DNA of 5,484 bases, counting the filler, from Stramenopiles sp. TOSAG23-2 (Eukaryota), in the NCBI GenBank assembly GCA_900128395.1. It is 3 parts of 3 records of this genome, joined end to end, with 100 filler letters (N's around TTAATTAATTAA, not from the genome) between each part and the next. Parts side by side here need not be neighbours in the genome. Positions count along the whole stretch, not along the records: positions 1 to 1,762 come from LT652380.1; positions 1,863 to 3,623 come from LT652381.1; positions 3,724 to 5,484 come from LT652382.1. One strand, 5' to 3'. Positions 1 through 5,484 of this stretch are shown in pieces. The notes below the pieces were generated by a model. It had not been told where the DNA came from and made no database searches. It saw nothing but the letters and a program-made list of their open reading frames with translations. How positions within the stretch are numbered: position 1 is the stretch's first letter; every line of letters starts with the position of its first letter. Made by a program: the position numbers and the translations under genes.

Positions 1-265
1 AGCTGATGTGCACTTGGAGTTGTAAATAAAACTATTATTTCTTGTGTGTAAATCAAATAATACTGTGAAAATTATTTACGAATCTCCGTATTATGATGTA
101 CTCTTCTTTTTAAAAACAATTAATATAATCTAAATTTTCTTCTGGAGGAGTATCATATTAATATATATTAGTGTATGCATATCATATTTAATATTCACTA
201 TTATTATTCACTAAAATATATCTATCAAATGAATACACATCATACACATCATAAATATATACGAA

Positions 266-303
266 GTATATATATATACATATTACATATGGTATATATA
301 TAC
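266..303. repeat. (TA)n microsatellite patches upstream of the makorin gene
   Basis: GTATATATATATAC at 266-279 and GTATATATATAC at 292-303, in very AT-rich intergenic DNA. Read directly from the sequence. Confidence 0.7.
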
Positions 304-350
304 ATGTCCTCTTACATTCAGTAACATAAATCAATTCAATCATATTGCCA

Positions 351-1523
351 ATGGCATCGATTACAAATGATACTAATAAAAAAATACAGATGCCGTGCAA
401 ATTTTATGCATCAGGTTCTTGTCGACTTGGTATGATGTGTAAATATATCCATGATAAAAATAATTTAATAAAATTTGATCCTAAAAAAACACTTTGCAAA
501 TTTTTTCTTCAAGGAAAATGTACAAATGGGAATAAATGTATGTTTAGTCATAAAATAGAAAACATAAGTGAGAGAAAAAACAACAACAATAGAAATGGAA
601 CCTGGTCTAGTATAAATAAATTAGGACGTAATGTAATTAAATATCCTAAACAAATTAATAATAATAATAATAATGTAATAACAAAAACAGTTTCCAATTT
701 GAAAAATAGTCAAAACAACAATATAGATGAAGAAGATGGTGTTTATTTTTATGGCTCTGATTTCAATAATGGCAATGATAAGAATAATGTTACAAAGCAG
801 TCTGTCACTACAATCAATTATGGTGCTATAGTAGAACGGGAAAAAACTGAATTAATTGCAAAAGGGTATGACTATAATAATATAAATAATAATACTGAAA
901 AAGTAAAGATGGTTGAAACTTGTCCTTTCTATATTGCTGGTTATTGTCGATTTGGTTCTAAATGTAAAATGCTTCATTCAACAACAAATAATAATTTAGA
1001 TGGTACAAAAAATATTACAGAACAGGAAAAAATCGAAGCTAAATTGTTAATACAAAATGAATTGAATCAATCAAAAAATATTGAATGCGGTATCTGTACT
1101 TCTAAAATATTGGAAGAATCAAAAGATCGATTTGGATTATTACTTTCTTGTAATCATGCTTTTTGCCTTTCATGTATAAGGACTTGGAGAGAAAATTTAT
1201 CACAAAAATTTAATAAAGAAGCGGTTCGTTTATGCCCTATTTGTCGTCTTAAATCTGATTTTGTTATTCCATGTAATCGGTTGATTTTAGATCATACACG
1301 TAAACGAGAATTGTTAATGAAATATTTAAGCAATTTAAAGAGTAAGAAATGTAAATATTATCCTAATTGTCCATTTGGCCAAAGCTGTTTTTATGCACAT
1401 TTAGATCCGAATGGAAATTTAGTGAAATATGAACAGCCAAGGTTCAAGGTAGATCACAATGGAAATATGAAAAATGTATCAATGCCAAAGTTGAGTGAAT
1501 TGTTAGAAAGTGTTATACTATAG
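351..1523 (+). CDS. MKRN: Makorin-family RING-type E3 ubiquitin ligase (3 CCCH zinc fingers + C3HC4 RING + C-terminal CCCH), 390 aa, intronless
   Basis: C-x7-C-x5-C-x3-H fingers at 396-452 (CKFYASGSCRLGMMCKYIH), 495-551 (CKFFLQGKCTNGNKCMFSH) and 921-977 (CPFYIAGYCRFGSKCKMLH). RING at 1086-1247 (CGIC...RFGLLLSCNHAFCLSCIRTWR...CPICR) followed by SDFVIP, the makorin RING signature. Final CCCH CKYYPNCPFGQSCFYAH at 1350-1400. The track's start at 345 is TTG; the first ATG after the in-frame TAA (327-329) is at 351. Stop TAG at 1521-1523. Confidence 0.93.
   Translation: MASITNDTNKKIQMPCKFYASGSCRLGMMCKYIHDKNNLIKFDPKKTLCKFFLQGKCTNGNKCMFSHKIENISERKNNNNRNGTWSSINKLGRNVIKYPKQINNNNNNVITKTVSNLKNSQNNNIDEEDGVYFYGSDFNNGNDKNNVTKQSVTTINYGAIVEREKTELIAKGYDYNNINNNTEKVKMVETCPFYIAGYCRFGSKCKMLHSTTNNNLDGTKNITEQEKIEAKLLIQNELNQSKNIECGICTSKILEESKDRFGLLLSCNHAFCLSCIRTWRENLSQKFNKEAVRLCPICRLKSDFVIPCNRLILDHTRKRELLMKYLSNLKSKKCKYYPNCPFGQSCFYAHLDPNGNLVKYEQPRFKVDHNGNMKNVSMPKLSELLESVIL
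657..674 (+). repeat. (AAT)6 coding trinucleotide repeat (poly-Asn) in the makorin linker
   Basis: AATAATAATAATAATAAT encodes N6 within an Asn-rich low-complexity linker between zinc fingers 2 and 3. Confidence 0.85.
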
Positions 1524-1762
1524 AAAAAAATATAAAAATTTTAATTATGATATATTTTGTAGCTTTATAAAAATATTTACACACGCACACTCTAAACATT
1601 TTTGGGAGAGCGAACAAATTAATTTTTGCTTTTGTGCCATTCTATCACATAAAATATATACATACACTCCCCCTGTTTTTACTGGATCAAATTATCAAAT
1701 ATCATATTTTACTTTTTAATATACAATGAAAATTCTTGAGCAGGGTTCCAACTAACTGGAGC

Positions 1763-1862
1763 NNNNNNNNNNNNNNNNNNNNNNNNNNNNNNNNNNNNNN
1801 NNNNNNTTAATTAATTAANNNNNNNNNNNNNNNNNNNNNNNNNNNNNNNNNNNNNNNNNNNN
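1763..1862. other. Artificial contig-joining spacer (N44-TTAATTAATTAA-N44)
   Basis: Exactly 100 nt. The core TTAATTAATTAA (1807-1818) is palindromic and puts TAA stops in all six frames. An identical spacer is at 3624-3723. Confidence 0.97.
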
Positions 1863-2181
1863 AAGGAATGAACTTTGTTGAACAAAAAGGGAGTTTTGAA
1901 GTGTTGATGTGAGTGTGCGCGCGTATTTTCATTTAAAAAAGAATATTACCCGTGGTGGTGTTAGTGTGTGTTTTGCACTTTTTCGTACGTAAAAATTATG
2001 ATAATAACAAAATTTTCGTTAGAGATTATATTATTCGTATGATATCAATAATTAAAAATCATTTTTAATATTTAATATTAACTCAAGTATGCCAGTATGC
2101 CAGTATGGTTTCGAAGATGCTGCGAATGAAGATGCTAACGAGGACAGAATGGGAAAATTGAGTGATACAATGGCCAGTTAA
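1863..2181 (+). CDS. Possible 3' end of a spliced gene entering from the contig edge: join(<1863..1908,2088..2181), product unknown
   Basis: Only one frame is open over 1863-1908 (GMNFVEQKGSFEVL), and it ends at a consensus donor GTGAGT (1909-1914). AT-rich DNA follows, then TATTAAC-TCAAG (candidate branch point and acceptor ending 2087) and a phase-compatible, less AT-rich frame MPVCQYGFEDAANEDANEDRMGKLSDTMAS-stop (2089-2181). No recognisable domain. Confidence 0.3.
2086..2107 (+). repeat. 8-bp tandem repeat (AGTATGCC)x2.75
   Basis: AGTATGCC-AGTATGCC-AGTATG, read directly from the sequence. Confidence 0.85.
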
Positions 2182-2250
2182 TCAATTTCTTCTTCATCAT
2201 AAACATATTCATCATCAGAATCAGAAAAGTCTTGAAGAATTATTTCTTTT

Positions 2251-3501
2251 TTATGTATTCAATTTTTTGTCACCTTCTTCAACAGCAGTGCCACTATTAA
2301 AAATTTCAAACAATTCATTGTATGATAATTCTTTGTTAAAATTCAATTCAATACATTTTTTTTCTGATGTATTGTTATCATGAAATAATTTGATTTCTTG
2401 GACAAAATTTTCACCAGCCTTTAAATTATCGAAACGCCCAGATGACCAATGATACATGCCTCCGCGCATTTGCAATACTACATGAATTGTTGCATCTGTT
2501 TGGATTTTGTAGTGTGATATTGTATAGACATCACTCAATTGCTTACTATGGTAGATTAATCGTATACGATCACTGGCAACACCACAAAGTTTTGAACAGA
2601 TTTTTTTGATGTTTGCAATATAGTCACTTGGTTTTACATATATTTTTTTGCGTCTACCAGTCAAACCTTTTACATATATCTTCATTGGGTTATTTGATGA
2701 ACTTGAGGAATCACCTTCCATTGGAATGTATGCATCTGCAAAGACTGTTAGATTTTCGAATACTTCTATAACATCATCATATTTGTTGTATGCTCTGCCC
2801 GGTGTAGGAAAATCTTTACGGAGTGAATTAGCTGACACGAATGCAGTGTTATCTTTGATGACTATTTGAGTTCTTAAAATACTTTGAAGAAGTTTATTGG
2901 GAATCTTTGATGTGTTTTTTTGGCCTTTAAAAGTACTTTTCTCTTCATTCCCTAAAAAGCCCTCATTTAATAAGTCGAGATTAAATTGAATTACATCCCA
3001 TAAATTGTAATAGTAATCTCTCTTTACGGTAATTAAATGCTTGTTTAAGTTGTATTTGTCTCTTACGAACATTTCAATATCACTGTTTTTTAAATTTTTA
3101 GTGAAAGGTATTACGCATTTACTAGTCAATCCTTCACACAATACTTCAAGTGATATTGACGGTCCAGATTCAACTAATGCAGCCATTGTACTACTGCTTC
3201 CGGACTTTGCACCACCACTACTAGAACCACTACGTTTATTGTTATTATTATCATCATCACTATCGTCATCGCTATCACCATCGTTATACTCGTACTCATT
3301 CTCCGAGTTCGAATCATTATATACATAATGTTCACTGTTGGTGTATTAGAAATTTATATTTACGTATTGTAATATAGTTTGTTAGTTAAATTTGTATTTT
3401 GAAATCAGATTTTATAAACAAAAATAGAGATTATTATAATTCTTGACTTACTCATCATCATACGATTGTTCATCATCGCTTCCAACTGCCATAGAAGCCA
3501 T
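2251..3501 (-). CDS. Two-exon ubiquitin-like-domain protein, complement(join(2251..3334,3452..3501)), 377 aa: acidic N-terminus, internal UBL ending RGG, 68-aa extension
   Basis: The ORF-track frame stays open upstream of ATG 3186 as far as 3345 with coding-like acidic sequence but no Met. A GTAAGT...CAACAG intron (3451-3335, phase 2) joins it in frame to exon 1, MASMAVGSDDEQSYDD (ATG at 3501, in-frame TGA upstream at 3543-3541). 50+1084=1134 nt=378 codons including the stop. The UBL MKIYVKGLTG...HVVLQMRGG is at 2685-2458. Confidence 0.85.
2458..2685 (-). other. Internal ubiquitin-like domain (exactly 76 aa, Met to di-Gly)
   Basis: Gap-free manual alignment gives 35/76 identities to canonical ubiquitin and 30/76 to human NEDD8 (both reference sequences recalled from memory). 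L8, I44, H68, V70, K6, K27, K48 and R74-G75-G76 are retained; K63 is T and R72 is Q. Confidence 0.93.
3335..3451 (-). other. Spliceosomal (U2-type GT-AG) intron, 117 nt
   Basis: On the minus strand: donor GA|GTAAGT at 3451, branch-like ACTAAC (3386-3381) and CTAAT (3349-3345), acceptor CAACAG| ending at 3335. The interval is very AT-rich. Splicing removes the in-frame TAA (3348-3346) and makes a continuous acidic peptide ...SYDD-D-EHYVYND... Confidence 0.85.
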
Positions 3502-3623
3502 AATGCAATTCGTGTTTCTTTTTTTCACTATGTTTTCAAATCAAATGTATCGTGTATTCTTTTGTTTTCTATTTTCTACATTATTCTAATTATATATATA
3601 TATCATCAAATATTATTTATTTG

Positions 3624-3723
3624 NNNNNNNNNNNNNNNNNNNNNNNNNNNNNNNNNNNNNNNNNNNNTTAATTAATTAANNNNNNNNNNNNNNNNNNNNN
3701 NNNNNNNNNNNNNNNNNNNNNNN
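3624..3723. other. Artificial contig-joining spacer (N44-TTAATTAATTAA-N44)
   Basis: Identical 100-nt structure to 1763-1862, with the six-frame stop core at 3668-3679. Confidence 0.97.
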
Positions 3724-3747
3724 GAGTAAAAGAAATTTATATAATAT

Positions 3748-5086
3748 ATGAGTAAGAGAACATTTTATATATATGTACCACCACCAAATATTTTAATAGT
3801 TATGTCAGGTATACCATCTGTTAAAGAGGAAAATGAACTTCGATTTTATTATAAACAACGTGCACGAGGTATAAATTTGGAGCTTTACGGAAATGAATCA
3901 ATAACTAGTATTGGATATGCTCGAAATAAAATTTTACAAAATGCAAGAAGTGAATGGATTGTCTTCTTAAATGAAAATGATATTATGCATTTACAACGAA
4001 TAGAAGTAATTGAAAAATATTTAAATTCAAAATTATTATTATTATTTCATAATAATTTCAATGAAAAAAAATCTATCTCGAAAGCTGTAGAAACTTATTA
4101 CAAAAATGATGTTCAAAAACAATTTTCAACATTAATAGATGAAGTAACAGTTGGACATTTGATTATTCGACGTAGCTTATATCCTAATTTCCAATTTCCA
4201 ACTGATTTAGTTGAAGATTTATCGTTTATTAGAAATTTTATCAAAAATTCTCCTGCTAATGAATCAATTATTTTCATCAATGAACCATTAGTGATTCATA
4301 AAATTATATTTTCTTCTAAAAAAAAATTACCACACAGCACCGCGGTGACACACACATGGAATGTTATACATCCTCCATATTTGATTTATATTTTTTGGTT
4401 TGGAAGTCCTATGACAAAAACTAGAAAAAAAGCTTACGAAGCTATGGTAAATGCCTTAATGCCTCCAGTTATATTTGTTCAAGAGAAAGATATAAAATCA
4501 TATAATGTTCCATGGGATCCCATTCATCCAGAAATATTTAAATCTCATTTATCTGACATTCATAAAGTTGATTATTTAAGAGCTTATTTTATGCGTCATT
4601 ATGGTGGTGGATATACAGATATAAAATTTCCAAACAACGATTGGAGTACTTATTTTGATCTGTTTGATGACCCGGAATTGTGGTTGTTAGGTCGATCAGA
4701 ATTTGAGTACTGGAGTACTGGTTGTGACAATGGATTTGCGAAGAGTTTACTAAACACAACTTGTCATAATGTTAGAAAGCAATGGAAAAATTACGTTTCT
4801 AATGGTGCCTATTTGATGCGACCGCACACTTCACTTACAATCCAATGGTTGAAATCTTTAAATTTGCGTTTAGATTCCAAAAAAGAAGAATTGGAAAAAC
4901 ACCCTGCACCTTTTAGTCGTTGTTGCCANNNNNNNNNNNNNNNNNNNNNNNNNNNNNNNNNNNNNNNNNNNNNCAATAGGATGGAGTGAATTACATGGTG
5001 ATGTTTTTTCTATTGTGCAAATGCTTTACATAAATCACGTTAAGCAAGGTGGACCATGGTTCTCGGGTTGCGCATATAAGTTATGA
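3748..5086 (+). CDS. Two-domain glycosyltransferase: degenerate GT2-like domain + GT32/capsular polysaccharide synthesis-like domain; spans an assembly gap; 5' end possibly incomplete
   Basis: N-terminal half: GYARNKILQNARSEWIVFLNENDIMHLQRIE matches the GT2 pattern ARN..L..A..E(W/Y)I.FLD.DD, and GHLIIRR...VEDLSF carries the ED motif (4213-4218). C-terminal half (from about 4372): IYIFWFG, HLSDIHKVDYLRAYFMRHYGGGYTDIK, typical of GT32/Caps_synth-like GT-A folds. After the gap a shifted frame reads IGWSELHGDVFSIVQMLYINHVKQGGPWFSGCAYKL-TGA (stop 5084-5086), a more plausible C-terminus than the track's NRME-stop. Confidence 0.8.
4929..4973. other. Intra-scaffold assembly gap (45 N, estimated length)
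   Basis: Run of 45 N with no TTAATTAATTAA core. Coding sequence of the same protein appears to continue on both sides. Confidence 0.9.
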
Positions 5087-5356
5087 ACAAAAAATCCAAA
5101 ATGATAGTCAGTAGCGTTTCACAAAAATAAAATTGTATAATGTATTATTTAAATTGCTTTTATTTTTTGATATTTGAAAAAGCATTATAGTTTTTCTTCA
5201 TTTTTTGGGTTAAAAGAGAAAAAAATAAACTTGACTTTTGAGAATTGTCAATACGGTGATAAAATGAAAAATAGATCATTATTCTAACAGTTTGTGATAT
5301 AGGACACCCACACACACCATCAATTATCTTTATTTGGTCCTTTCCATTTCTTAAGA

Positions 5357-5484
5357 TTATCCATAAATGTTTTTTATGTCATTATTAAATGATTTATCTT
5401 TTTCATGAGTATAACCAATAAAACGTGAAACAAATTGACCTGATAATTGAAATGGGGCCAGCAATATATTGCGCAACGTATTCA
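5357..5484 (-). CDS. Possible 3' end of a convergent gene truncated by the window/contig end, product unknown
   Basis: A minus-strand frame is open from the edge for 41 codons (NTLRNILLAPFQLSGQFVSRFIGYTHEKDKSFNNDIKNIYG) to TAA at 5359-5357, in locally less AT-rich DNA. A second frame is also open for 26 codons, so the frame is uncertain. Confidence 0.3.
   Translation of the reverse strand, partial: NTLRNILLAPFQLSGQFVSRFIGYTHEKDKSFNNDIKNIYG

Noticed and set aside
188..400. 70-aa minus-strand ORF
   Set aside because: It overlaps the makorin start antisense, and its I/Y-rich composition is just translated (TA)n intergenic DNA.
351..1545. Intronless makorin followed by an A-rich tract as a retrocopy (MKRN3-like) or viral capture
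   Set aside because: The A-rich tract is short and interrupted in an AT-rich genome, no target-site duplication is visible, and intronless genes are common in protists.
1510..1719. 69-aa plus-strand ORF after makorin
   Set aside because: GTG start, no motif, AT-rich 3' UTR/intergenic composition.
1709..1762. Short minus-strand frame open at the end of contig 1 (APVSWNPAQEFSLYIKK-stop)
   Set aside because: Only 17 codons, and a second frame is equally open; it could be a gene end but cannot be supported.
2251..2253. Stop-codon reassignment (TAA=Gln) to explain the short UBL gene C-terminus
   Set aside because: In-frame readthrough gives only KRNNSSRLF-TGA and does not reach the acidic tail. 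The long ORFs contain no internal TAA/TAG, and makorin ends sensibly at TAG.
351..3501. Apparent ubiquitin 'cluster': E3 ligase (makorin) next to a UBL protein
   Set aside because: The genes are on different contigs separated by an artificial spacer; adjacency reflects contig length order, not biology.
2162..3675. Four short plus-strand ORFs (2162-2383, 2648-2869, 3041-3328, 3466-3675)
   Set aside because: Non-ATG starts, antisense shadows of the UBL gene; the last one only reaches length by running through Ns.
1807..3679. Repeated palindrome TTAATTAATTAA (1807-1818 and 3668-3679) as a transposon target site, CRISPR repeat or regulatory element
   Set aside because: Each copy is embedded symmetrically in N44 runs and is a six-frame stop linker, not genomic sequence.
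5461..5476. Overlapping palindromes GCAATATATTGC and TTGCGCAA
   Set aside because: Short, single occurrence at the contig edge, compatible with chance; no associated element.

Overview
This AT-rich window is not one contiguous locus. It is three short contigs of almost identical length (1-1762, 1863-3623, 3724-5484) joined by two artificial 100-nt spacers (N44-TTAATTAATTAA-N44), so gene neighbourhood across the spacers means nothing. Contig 1 carries an intronless makorin-family (CCCH zinc finger + RING-HC) E3 ubiquitin ligase gene. Contig 2 carries a minus-strand gene that the ORF track truncates: a canonical GT-AG intron (3451-3335) links a 50-nt first exon to the main exon, giving a 377-aa protein with an acidic Tyr-rich N-terminus, an internal 76-aa ubiquitin-like domain ending in RGG, and a C-terminal extension. 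An out-of-frame acidic tail lies just past its stop. Contig 3 carries a two-domain glycosyltransferase (degenerate GT2-like domain fused to a GT32/capsular-synthesis-like domain) whose true C-terminus lies beyond a 45-N gap in a different frame. The intron, poly-Asn tracts and makorin point to a microbial eukaryote using the standard code. I see no convincing novel multi-gene system. The best candidate for something uncharacterised is the ubiquitin-domain protein on contig 2.
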